From the NCBI GenBank assembly GCA_963662465.1, contig OY759599.1, positions 7,584,001 to 7,648,000 on the forward strand: a DNA stretch of 64,000 bases. Reading direction: 5' to 3'. Below are positions 1 through 8,403 of this stretch, one piece after another. The notes below the pieces were generated by a model that ran no database searches, had not been told where the DNA came from, and saw only the letters and a list, made by a program, of their open reading frames with translations. Both the position numbers and the translations under genes were made by a program. Numbering within the stretch: the stretch's first letter is position 1; every line of letters starts with the position of its first letter. Source of the stretch: Desulfatiglandales bacterium (GTDB lineage Bacteria; Desulfobacterota; DSM-4660; Desulfatiglandales; Desulfatiglandaceae).

Positions 1-384
1 AAAGCTATCGATAACGCGTGTAAAGGGTTGAATAAAATCATGCCGATTCTGGTGGAAATCAATAGCGGCGAAGAGGCGCAGAAGGCTGGCGTTATGCCGG
101 AAAATGCGATCTCATTGCTTCAGGATATTGCTGGGCTGGTTCATGTGAAGGTCGTGGGGTTGATGACCATGGGGCCTTTCAGCGGCGACCCCGAGGAGGC
201 CCGCCCCTATTTTCGAAAGACCCAAAAGCTTTTTGATGAGATCAGGCGGTTACATCTTGATAAAGTGGATATGTCTCTTCTTTCCATGGGCATGTCCAAT
301 TCCTATGGGGTCGCCATCGAGGAAGGCGCTAATCTGGTGAGAATTGGTACAAAAATTTTTGGGGAACGCATTTGTCGTGCGTAA
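1..384 (+). CDS. yggS: YggS/PLPBP family pyridoxal phosphate homeostasis protein (5' partial)
   Basis: GLMTM, LSMGMS and GANLVRIGTKIFG motifs; frame open to window edge. Confidence 0.92.
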   Translation, partial: KAIDNACKGLNKIMPILVEINSGEEAQKAGVMPENAISLLQDIAGLVHVKVVGLMTMGPFSGDPEEARPYFRKTQKLFDEIRRLHLDKVDMSLLSMGMSNSYGVAIEEGANLVRIGTKIFGERICRA

Positions 385-405
385 ATTAAAGTTCAGGATA
401 CTTTT

Positions 406-1746
406 ATGACAAAAAAGGCAAATGAACTGATTTCGCAAGGTAAGCGGTTTTTGGGAACGGATATCTGGAGAATCCGTCTTGATGCTATTCCCTGGTGGAA
501 AGCCCTTTATCTTCGCCCGTTGCGGGTGGTGTTGCTGGCCTTTCGTGCTTTTAATGAAGATCAGTGCATGTTCAGAGCATCGGCCCTGACGTTTTATTCA
601 CTGTTGTCCATTGTTCCTGTTCTGGCCATGGCCTTTGGCATTGCCAAGGGGTTTGGATTTCAGGAAGCCTTGGAACGTCAGCTTTATCAAAGTTTTTACG
701 GGCATGATGAAATCATCGAAAAGGTAACCGTGTTCGCCAATACAATGCTTGAGAGTACCCAGGGTGGTCTGATGGCGGGCGTGGGGCTTCTGATTCTCTT
801 TTGGGCTGTGATTCGTGTGTTGGGAAATGTCGAGAGCGCATTCAATCATATTTTGAATTTTCCCAGATCCAGGAGCGTGGGAAGAAAAATCAGCGATTAT
901 ATGGCGACCATGCTTATTTGTACGATCCTGTTGGTTTTGTCAAGCACCCTCACCGTTGTCATTAAGAGTCACGTCACAAGTGCGGTTCAATCCTTTTCCA
1001 TCCTGGGATCTGTGAGTCCGGCCATTTTCTTTTTGATGAAATTGCTTCCCTACTGCGCCCTATGGCTTCTTTTTATGGTCCTTTATATGTTTTTGCCAAA
1101 CGGAAAAATCAGTGTGAAACTTGGTCTGCCGGCCGCTATTGCCGCAGGTACGCTGTTTCAATTGTTTCAATGGGCGTATCTCTCATTTCAGTTTGGCGTG
1201 ACCAAATACAATGCCATCTATGGCAGTTTCGCGGCGCTTCCCCTTTTTCTCGTTTGGTTGCAAATGAGCTGGTTGATTGTGTTGCTGGGTGCTGAATTGA
1301 TGTTCTCTATTCAAAACGAACGGGCTTATGAGTTTGCACCGGATTGTTCGCGGATTAGTTACCGGCTGAAAAAAACCATTATGCTGCAGGTGGTTCACTT
1401 CCTTGTGAAAAGTTTTTGTCGCGGTGCCCCTCCCGTTACGTTAACCCGGATTGTGGGTGAACTTAAAGTGCCGCAATCCCTTGCGGAGAAAATTCTGGAG
1501 GAAACGACGGCGGCAGGCATTGTTTCGGAAATCTGTTCTAAGAAAGGAGGCGATCGGGCTTATCAGCCAGGCCGGGATGTGAGTCTGTTTACCGTAAAAT
1601 ATGTCATTGATCAGTTTGAACAGCAGGGATTAAACGATGTTCCCATGCTTTCAGGTCCCGATTTTGAAAAAATCAAGGAGAGCATGGACCGATTGGATGA
1701 GGTTGCTGCAAAGGCTTCGGTAAATGTATTATTAAAAGAAGTTTGA
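406..1746 (+). CDS. YihY/BrkB family membrane protein with C-terminal wHTH-like extension
   Basis: RASALTFYSLLSIVP and YNAIYGSFAALPLFLVWL signatures, about 6 TM segments. Confidence 0.88.
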   Translation: MTKKANELISQGKRFLGTDIWRIRLDAIPWWKALYLRPLRVVLLAFRAFNEDQCMFRASALTFYSLLSIVPVLAMAFGIAKGFGFQEALERQLYQSFYGHDEIIEKVTVFANTMLESTQGGLMAGVGLLILFWAVIRVLGNVESAFNHILNFPRSRSVGRKISDYMATMLICTILLVLSSTLTVVIKSHVTSAVQSFSILGSVSPAIFFLMKLLPYCALWLLFMVLYMFLPNGKISVKLGLPAAIAAGTLFQLFQWAYLSFQFGVTKYNAIYGSFAALPLFLVWLQMSWLIVLLGAELMFSIQNERAYEFAPDCSRISYRLKKTIMLQVVHFLVKSFCRGAPPVTLTRIVGELKVPQSLAEKILEETTAAGIVSEICSKKGGDRAYQPGRDVSLFTVKYVIDQFEQQGLNDVPMLSGPDFEKIKESMDRLDEVAAKASVNVLLKEV

Positions 1747-1888
1747 TTTTAATTGAACCAATGCCCCAAATCGTTTTAATATTGCGCATCCTTGAATCCT
1801 TTAGCGTTTCTTCCTAAATATGGTTAGATTGGCACTGAAGAATGGTTTCCAGATGGTGTGATGTACTCATTTGGTCGGGAGTCGGTGA

Positions 1889-3463
1889 ATGGATAAGAAA
1901 ATGATTCTTGTGGTGGATGATGATGTCAATACCGGCAATATCCTCAAGGAGGCCATCGGGTCTTTCGGCCACGACTGTCGAACAGCGAGTGACGGTTTTG
2001 AAGCGCTGGAATTGATTAGGAACAAGATATTTTCCGCAGCCATTTGTGATATCCGAATGCCGGGAATGAATGGTCTGGAGGTGATGGCGGAGGCCCGCAA
2101 AATAGCTCCTGATGTGTCCTTTATTGTCATTACCGGTTTCAGCCATGAATATGTTTATGATCAGATTATCGAAGCCGGCGCCAGTGATTTTATTCAGAAG
2201 CCCATCAAGCTTGCCGAACTCAAAATTAAGCTTGACCGTGTTTTGGATGAACGGTTGCTGCTGCAAAAGAACAAGGATTTGCTCGAAAGAGCGCATTCCC
2301 TGAATGAGCGGTTGACCAGTCTTTTGGACATGGCTCGGGAACTCAGCATGGAACTCGATTTTGACAGCTTGTTCCCTCTGATTATCAGAAAAGTGACTGA
2401 AGCTGTGGGCGCTGAACGGACCAGCCTTTATCTCATCGATTGGGAGCGGGGAGAAATTTGGACCAAGGTTGCTGAACAGTTCAAGAAAATCCGCCTTCCC
2501 ATAGGACAGGGCATAAGCGGTCGAGTGGCGGAGACCGGTGAGATCATCAACGTGGTGGATGCCTGGGACCTTCCCTATTTTGACAGGAGTTTTGACCAGA
2601 ACTCTGATTTTCATACACGGTCCGTGCTTTGTATGCCCATATCGAACCGTCAGGGAGAGAGGATTGCGGTCATCCAGGCTATCAACAAAGCCGGGAGGGG
2701 ACGCTTTGGCAAAGATGACATGCAGCTGTTAAAGTCCCTTTCCGGTTTTGTGGCCATTGCGCTCGAAAACTCATTTTTAATTGAGGAGCTGGAAAGCTCT
2801 TTTGAGGGCGCCATCAGTACCTTGGCGGCAACGGTTGATGCCAGGCATCCTCTCACGGCGGGTCACTCGGAGCGGGTGACGGAATATGCCCTTGCCCTTG
2901 CAAGGGAGATGAACCTGGATGAAAACGCACTGAAAGAGATAAAATATGCCGGTTTGTTGCATGATATTGGAAAAATCGGTATTAAAGACGCCGTATTGCT
3001 CAAGAAGGGTTGTTTTACCGAAGAAGAACGGTTTGAGATGAAGGACCATGCAAAGAAGACCCTTGTGATCCTGGAAAAATTTCATTTTTCAAAACAGTTG
3101 CGTAACGTTCCCGTTGTGGCGGCCTATCATCACGAAAAGGTGAACGGCCGGGGCTATCCATTTGGTTTAACCGGGGACCAACTGCCGCTGGCATCCAAGA
3201 TCCTGGCTGTGGCGGACGTCTTTGATGCGTTGACGTCGCGTAGGGATTATCCCAAGTATGTTGACAATCAGACGTTGGGATTTGAACAGATGCCCTTTGA
3301 AAAAGTAGTGGGTGTTTTGAAGGAGGGTCGCGGTAGCCATTTTGATCCGGAAGTGGTAGACGTTTTTTTCCGATGCATGCCGACGGTACTTCGTCATTAT
3401 CGGGGAAATTATTTTCCCATCGCCTATGTTGACGGCGCCATTGCTTTTCTTGAGAGGGGGTAA
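1889..3463 (+). CDS. REC-GAF-HD-GYP response regulator, c-di-GMP phosphodiesterase
   Basis: REC (VVDDD, DIRMP, KP), GAF (IQAINK...F...D), LHDIGK and HHEKVNGRGYP motifs. Confidence 0.92.
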   Translation: MDKKMILVVDDDVNTGNILKEAIGSFGHDCRTASDGFEALELIRNKIFSAAICDIRMPGMNGLEVMAEARKIAPDVSFIVITGFSHEYVYDQIIEAGASDFIQKPIKLAELKIKLDRVLDERLLLQKNKDLLERAHSLNERLTSLLDMARELSMELDFDSLFPLIIRKVTEAVGAERTSLYLIDWERGEIWTKVAEQFKKIRLPIGQGISGRVAETGEIINVVDAWDLPYFDRSFDQNSDFHTRSVLCMPISNRQGERIAVIQAINKAGRGRFGKDDMQLLKSLSGFVAIALENSFLIEELESSFEGAISTLAATVDARHPLTAGHSERVTEYALALAREMNLDENALKEIKYAGLLHDIGKIGIKDAVLLKKGCFTEEERFEMKDHAKKTLVILEKFHFSKQLRNVPVVAAYHHEKVNGRGYPFGLTGDQLPLASKILAVADVFDALTSRRDYPKYVDNQTLGFEQMPFEKVVGVLKEGRGSHFDPEVVDVFFRCMPTVLRHYRGNYFPIAYVDGAIAFLERG

Positions 3464-3589
3464 AACCGAACAACGCAAGTCAGACCCTGAAAGAATTGAA
3501 AACATCTGTCGGGTATGTAAGTGAGGCCATCAGGGGTTTTGCCGACAGTTTGGCGCGAAAGGGTTTGATGTTCAATCAGAGACAAGGAG

Positions 3590-4027
3590 ATGGAAATGAG
3601 AAAAAGAATTTTTGTAAGCCTCATGGCGTTTTTGCTGGTGATCCTTTGCGGCTTTCATGTCCATGCGGTGCCGGTTCCCTTGATTACGGAGGCTCAGAAA
3701 GAACAGAGCATCAAGACCATCATGGACTCCGGAGAAGTGGTTAAAGCGACCATTTCGCAGAAGGGCCGTGTGGTGTCTCTTGCCATTATCGCGGATGCGG
3801 GAATATTGGAGATGGATGCGGCGTCATTGGCCCGAAGTTTTGTAAGGGCTGTCAAAATATTCAGCCCGGATATTTACCAGGGTGAAGAGGACCTCGGGAT
3901 CGGAATATACGACTACCGGGTGACGGTTAGGGATGCGGGTGAAAAAGGACTCCTGGCGGCCGGCGAGAAGCCGGCGGAACAATCGGATATGGTGTGGACG
4001 TTGCCTGCGCCGGGAAAAAGCGACTGA
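3590..4027 (+). CDS. hypothetical exported protein
   Basis: AAGGAG RBS; basic N-terminus plus hydrophobic signal peptide ending VHA. Confidence 0.7.
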   Translation: MEMRKRIFVSLMAFLLVILCGFHVHAVPVPLITEAQKEQSIKTIMDSGEVVKATISQKGRVVSLAIIADAGILEMDAASLARSFVRAVKIFSPDIYQGEEDLGIGIYDYRVTVRDAGEKGLLAAGEKPAEQSDMVWTLPAPGKSD

Positions 4028-4060
4028 TATTGCGGTTTGGATCGTTGTTAAGGAGGTTGT

Positions 4061-4627
4061 ATGAAACAGATCATCATGGCAACTTTTGTTGTTGTAACGC
4101 TGGTGTTGTTATTAATTCCATTGGCTCGTGCAGGGTGGAACCCGGAAAAAACAGAAATTGCCGAAAATCAAAATATTCAGGATTACGAAGTAGCGCAAGC
4201 CATTGCTGATTTCAAAAACAGTGATCCCAGCATGAAGGCCTTTTTTGAAAAGGCCTATGGGTTTGCCATATTCCCATCTGTAGGAAAAGGCGGTTTGGGT
4301 ATCGGAGGTGCTTATGGGAAAGGAAAAGTTTATAGCGAGGGAGTCCTGAACGGTACATCAAGTCTGGTGCAAATTACCTTTGGTTTGCAGTTGGGGGGGC
4401 AGGTGTACCGTGAAATCATTTTTTTCGAAGATAAAAGTACACTTGATCTTTTCAAATTCGGAAATTATGAATTCGGCGCCCAGGTATCCGCTGTGGCCGC
4501 AACCTCGGGCGTATCCGCCAATACGGATTATAATAACGGCGTTGCTATCTTTACGATAGCCAAGGGCGGATTAATGTTTGAAGCTTCCGTGGGAGGACAG
4601 AAGTTTCATTTTGAGTCTCTCAATTGA
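4061..4627 (+). CDS. SYLF/Ysc84 lipid-binding domain protein
   Basis: AAGGAGG RBS; FPSVGKGGLGIGGAYGKG and GGLMFEASVGGQKF motifs. Confidence 0.88.
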   Translation: MKQIIMATFVVVTLVLLLIPLARAGWNPEKTEIAENQNIQDYEVAQAIADFKNSDPSMKAFFEKAYGFAIFPSVGKGGLGIGGAYGKGKVYSEGVLNGTSSLVQITFGLQLGGQVYREIIFFEDKSTLDLFKFGNYEFGAQVSAVAATSGVSANTDYNNGVAIFTIAKGGLMFEASVGGQKFHFESLN

Positions 4628-4708
4628 AGTTTATATCATGTTGCCCAGCCCGAAGAACCTGAAATAAAGGGCCGTCAGTAGTTTATTTTGTTCCCCGGTC
4701 TTTACGGG

Positions 4709-4738
4709 TTGACAATGGCGCCCCCACACTTCTAAAAT
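4709..4738 (+). promoter_or_regulatory. putative sigma70 promoter
   Basis: TTGACA-N18-TAAAAT upstream of the DUF2333 gene. Confidence 0.45.
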
Positions 4739-4828
4739 CAATTCTTGACAGGGACTTCATCAACCGATCGCCTTCATGGGTGGGTTTAACCATCGGGGGG
4801 ATATATTTAAGGGGGGAATTCATAAACC

Positions 4829-5788
4829 ATGGCGGAAACACACGCAGACAACGGGAAGAAGCATCGGGGACTGCTGGTCGGAATATTGGTTCTGATTCTG
4901 GTCATTTTTACGATTGTTGTGATGAGCATTAACTCAAAAAAACCGGAGCCGTTGGGGAAAATTGAATTTGATGCCAAAGTCAAGGGCGCGGCCTTTGTCA
5001 GGACCAATCAGATGCTCATTCAGCAGATGTTTGAGAACTGGTTGCCCAATGATATTTATTGGCCAACGGTTTTTCTCGACAATATGCCCAGTTTTCAGAT
5101 CGGCGAACTGGAAGTGGTGCGCTACAATGTTCACGTTTTGAGGGACAATCTTTCCCGAATGAGAACCACTGACAAAATTGATGTTCGGGTCGAGGAGGCT
5201 TTCACGGCCCTTTCCAATGATCCCCACAAATGGTGGTTTCCATCGGCAGAGAAAAAATGGAAAGACGCCTATCATGATTTGGAGGTGTACTACCAGAATC
5301 TGGTGAGTGGCCGGAGCCAATTTTATCCCAGGGGCGACAATCTCGTTGAACTCCTGGATGATTATGCGTCTCTCATGGGGGGCGTGAATACGCGTCTGGT
5401 CAATGCGCCCCAGCGCAGCGGATATGTTCTTCCCGTGGATGCCGGGGATAAGAAAATTGGAAAGGCGGCGTCATCTCTGGTGCCGATCAATATTTCATGG
5501 CGTCATATTGATGACAATTTTTATTATGCTCAGGGGGTGGCTTACGGTCTTTACGAATCTTTCAAGGCCATTCGGGTTGATTTCCAGAAGGTCCTGAAAG
5601 AAAAAAGCGCCATGACCCTGGTGGATAAGATCATTGAGAACCTGGAGCGGTGCTATTTTGAGCCCTGGATCGTGTTTAACGGGTCGTCGCACAGTGTTTT
5701 CGCCAATCATTCCTTGAACCTGTCGGGTGTTTTTAACGATGCCAGACAAAAAATCGATTCCCTGTCAATATCATTGCGGCAGGGTTGA
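4829..5788 (+). CDS. DUF2333 family protein
   Basis: N-terminal TM anchor; LDNMPSFQIG, WWFPSAE, IDDNFYYAQG and ANHSL motifs. Confidence 0.8.
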   Translation: MAETHADNGKKHRGLLVGILVLILVIFTIVVMSINSKKPEPLGKIEFDAKVKGAAFVRTNQMLIQQMFENWLPNDIYWPTVFLDNMPSFQIGELEVVRYNVHVLRDNLSRMRTTDKIDVRVEEAFTALSNDPHKWWFPSAEKKWKDAYHDLEVYYQNLVSGRSQFYPRGDNLVELLDDYASLMGGVNTRLVNAPQRSGYVLPVDAGDKKIGKAASSLVPINISWRHIDDNFYYAQGVAYGLYESFKAIRVDFQKVLKEKSAMTLVDKIIENLERCYFEPWIVFNGSSHSVFANHSLNLSGVFNDARQKIDSLSISLRQG

Positions 5789-5825
5789 TCCGGTGTCTGT
5801 TTTAGAGGAGTGAAGCGAATCCCTC

Positions 5826-6167
5826 ATGCATGAAATGTCCATTGCGCAAAGTCTTCTGGATGTGATCAAAGACGAGATGAAAAAAAACGAGGCAACGGTT
5901 TTAAACTCCGTTCTCCTCCATATTGGACAACTTTCCGCCATTGTTCCTGAGTCCCTTTCCTTTTGCTTTGAAATAATGACGTCGGGTACGGAATTGGAGG
6001 GTGCAAAGCTCAATATGGAAATCATCCCTCTGACGGGAAATTGCCGGAAATGCGGTCAGGCCTTTGAAATTAAAAACTATGCATTTGAATGCCCTTTTTG
6101 CGACAGCACTGATATTGAGACCCTTTCCGGTCAGGAGTTGTCCATTGTGGAGATGGAGGTGGATTGA
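5826..6167 (+). CDS. hypA: hydrogenase nickel metallochaperone HypA
   Basis: MHEMSIA N-terminus, two CxxC motifs. Confidence 0.96.
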   Translation: MHEMSIAQSLLDVIKDEMKKNEATVLNSVLLHIGQLSAIVPESLSFCFEIMTSGTELEGAKLNMEIIPLTGNCRKCGQAFEIKNYAFECPFCDSTDIETLSGQELSIVEMEVD

Positions 6168-6262
6168 GGGGTTTTCTATCTATTGACGCGTTATGCGATG
6201 TTTGTAATCGATGATCGATACATAGAGCAAAAATTTAGTGATAAGATTTAAGGAATTAGAAA

Positions 6263-6895
6263 ATGACGCAATCCCTGGCTCAGTCCAAATATTCGCCGGC
6301 ACAGTACCTGGCATTAGAGCGCGAAGCAGAGCAAAAAAGCGAATACGTTAACGGTCATATTTTTGCTATGGCCGGGGCCAGTCGACAACACAACCAAATC
6401 ACGTTCAACCTTGCCGGTGAACTTCGCGCCCAGCTCAGAGGTCGGCCTTGTGTAGCATATGTAAGTGATATGCGGGTCAAAGTCAGCACAACCGGTTTGT
6501 ACACTTACCCGGATGTGGTGGCACTTTGTGGTGAAGCCGAATTTGAAGATACCTTCATGGATACGCTGCTTAATCCCATGGTTATTATGGAAGTACTTTC
6601 CAGATCTACGGAAGCCTATGATCGAGGAGAAAAATTTGCCCATTATCGAAGGTTCCCTTCGCTCTGCGATTATGTACTCATCACCCAAAACAAAGTACGT
6701 ATTGAGCATTATGTTCGACAGGATAAACAATGGATTCTTTCCGAGTTTGACGATTGGAACAATACGATTCAATTAGCTTCCATTGATTGCAGTTTGTCGC
6801 TTGAAGAGGTCTACGACAAAGTGAAGTTCCCGGAAGAAAATGAAACCGGAACAGTGCCGCTGGGAATGGGTCGGAGTATTACAAGTAAAGGTTAG
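6263..6895 (+). CDS. Uma2 family endonuclease
   Basis: EYVNG..AMAG, YPDV, EVLSRST..YDRGEK motifs. Confidence 0.9.
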   Translation: MTQSLAQSKYSPAQYLALEREAEQKSEYVNGHIFAMAGASRQHNQITFNLAGELRAQLRGRPCVAYVSDMRVKVSTTGLYTYPDVVALCGEAEFEDTFMDTLLNPMVIMEVLSRSTEAYDRGEKFAHYRRFPSLCDYVLITQNKVRIEHYVRQDKQWILSEFDDWNNTIQLASIDCSLSLEEVYDKVKFPEENETGTVPLGMGRSITSKG

Positions 6896-6935
6896 GATCT
6901 TATTTTCAGGTTTTTTTGCCACAAAAAACAAGAAA

Positions 6936-6996
6936 AAAAGACCATTCTCGCTTTGAAGGACCATTTGAAAATCGGGGTCATTGAAGGCGATATCCA
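6936..6996 (+). repeat. duplicated internal hypB fragment
   Basis: 58/61 nt identical to hypB 7794-7854. Confidence 0.9.
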
Positions 6997-7009
6997 AGCG
7001 ACATATCGA

Positions 7010-7080
7010 TTTGCGACAGCACTGATATTGAGACTCTTTCCGGTCAGGAGTTGTCCATTGTGGAGATGGAGGTGGATTGA
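7010..7080 (+). repeat. duplicated hypA 3' end including the stop codon
   Basis: 70/71 nt identical to 6097-6167. Confidence 0.93.
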
Positions 7081-7107
7081 AGCATTTTCTATCGGAGAAT
7101 CGTTGTC

Positions 7108-7314
7108 ATGTATTTAACAATTGAGATTGAACAAGAAGAGGATGGACGATGGATTACCGAAGTATTGGAAATCCCAGGTGCAATGGCGTATGGAAAGACC
7201 AAAAAAGAAGCCATTGCAAAAGTTCAAACGCTTGCTTTACGTGTTTTGGTAGATCGTTTGGAGCAAGGTGAGAACGTCCCTGAAATAAATGCGATTTTTT
7301 CGATAGCCGCATGA
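7108..7314 (+). CDS. hicB: HicB family antitoxin (short form)
   Basis: EQEEDGRW...PGAMAYGKTKKEA motif; ATGA overlap with hicA. Confidence 0.85.
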   Translation: MYLTIEIEQEEDGRWITEVLEIPGAMAYGKTKKEAIAKVQTLALRVLVDRLEQGENVPEINAIFSIAA

Positions 7315-7526
7315 GTCAGTGGCTGGCGACAAAAGCGAAGCGTGTTCTCGCGGCCTTGTTGCGAATTGGGTGGCGTATCACGCGTCAAACAGGTGGTTCG
7401 CATCGTATGCTCTCCCGTGCCGATTGGCCTGATTTTGTATTTGCATTCCATGATCATGAAGAAATAGGTCCTCGTATGCTGTCGCGTATTGCTAAGCGGA
7501 CAGGTCTTCACCCAAAAGACTTTTAG
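7311..7526 (+). CDS. hicA: HicA family mRNA interferase toxin
   Basis: GW...GGSH catalytic motif; 71 aa, basic. Confidence 0.87.
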   Translation: MSQWLATKAKRVLAALLRIGWRITRQTGGSHRMLSRADWPDFVFAFHDHEEIGPRMLSRIAKRTGLHPKDF

Positions 7527-7654
7527 GGCGCAACTGGAGGTTATACGGGATAAATGAGTGTGGTATGCCTGTGGCGGCCACGTTTATTTGTGAGGATGAA
7601 AAAAGTATAAACGAGTAGGTTGCATGGCATTTATATTGTAATGGAGAAGCGCCA

Positions 7655-8308
7655 ATGAAAGTGTCGGTTGTGAAAAATATTCTGGCGGCTAACGATCGGA
7701 TCGCTCAGGAAAACAGGGCTATTTTTGATGAGCATAATCTACTGGTCTTTAATCTCATGAGTTCTCCCGGGGCCGGTAAGACCAGCCTTTTGGAAAAGAC
7801 TATTCTCGCTTTGAAGAACCATTTAAAAATCGGGGTCATTGAAGGCGATATCCAGTCTTCTCAGGACGCGGAGCGGATTGCTGAAACGGGAGCGCCGGTG
7901 GTGCAGATTAACACGGGCGGCGCCTGTCATCTGGATGGCAACATGATTCGCGATACGTTTCATGAGTTTGATTTTGATGCGCTTGACCTGCTGGTGGTCG
8001 AAAATGTGGGCAATCTGGTTTGCCCCGCGGAATTCAAGGTGGGCGAAGATTTCAAGGTGATGATTTTAAGCGTCACTGAAGGTGAAGACAAACCCGCCAA
8101 ATACCCCCTCATGTTTCATGAATCAAAGGCCCTTCTGATTAGCAAAATTGACCTGTTGCCCTATGTGGACTGTTCGGTTGAGCGCATCAGGGAAGAAGCC
8201 TTAAAGGTGAACCCCAACCTGGTGATTTTTGAAATTTCCTGCAAAACAGGGGAGGGTCTGGATGCGTGGTGCGATTGGCTTAAAGGGGAAGTTAAATCAA
8301 AGGCCTAA
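7655..8308 (+). CDS. hypB: hydrogenase nickel incorporation GTPase HypB
   Basis: SSPGAGKT, CHLD, ENVGNLVCP and KP.KYP motifs. Confidence 0.96.
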   Translation: MKVSVVKNILAANDRIAQENRAIFDEHNLLVFNLMSSPGAGKTSLLEKTILALKNHLKIGVIEGDIQSSQDAERIAETGAPVVQINTGGACHLDGNMIRDTFHEFDFDALDLLVVENVGNLVCPAEFKVGEDFKVMILSVTEGEDKPAKYPLMFHESKALLISKIDLLPYVDCSVERIREEALKVNPNLVIFEISCKTGEGLDAWCDWLKGEVKSKA

Positions 8309-8354
8309 CGCGGCATAGCCGCAGTTCTAAGTTTTAGGTTTTAAGTTTTAAGTT
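8305..8354 (+). repeat. 50-bp intergenic element: GCGGC-ATA-GCCGC hairpin plus (GTTTTAA)4 heptamers, copy 1
   Basis: 47/50 identical to the reverse complement of 44377-44426. Confidence 0.85.
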
Positions 8355-8403
8355 TTTCCATCAATGAATTTCTTGTTTGTTTATGGCAGGGTTTCAGGAA
8401 ACT

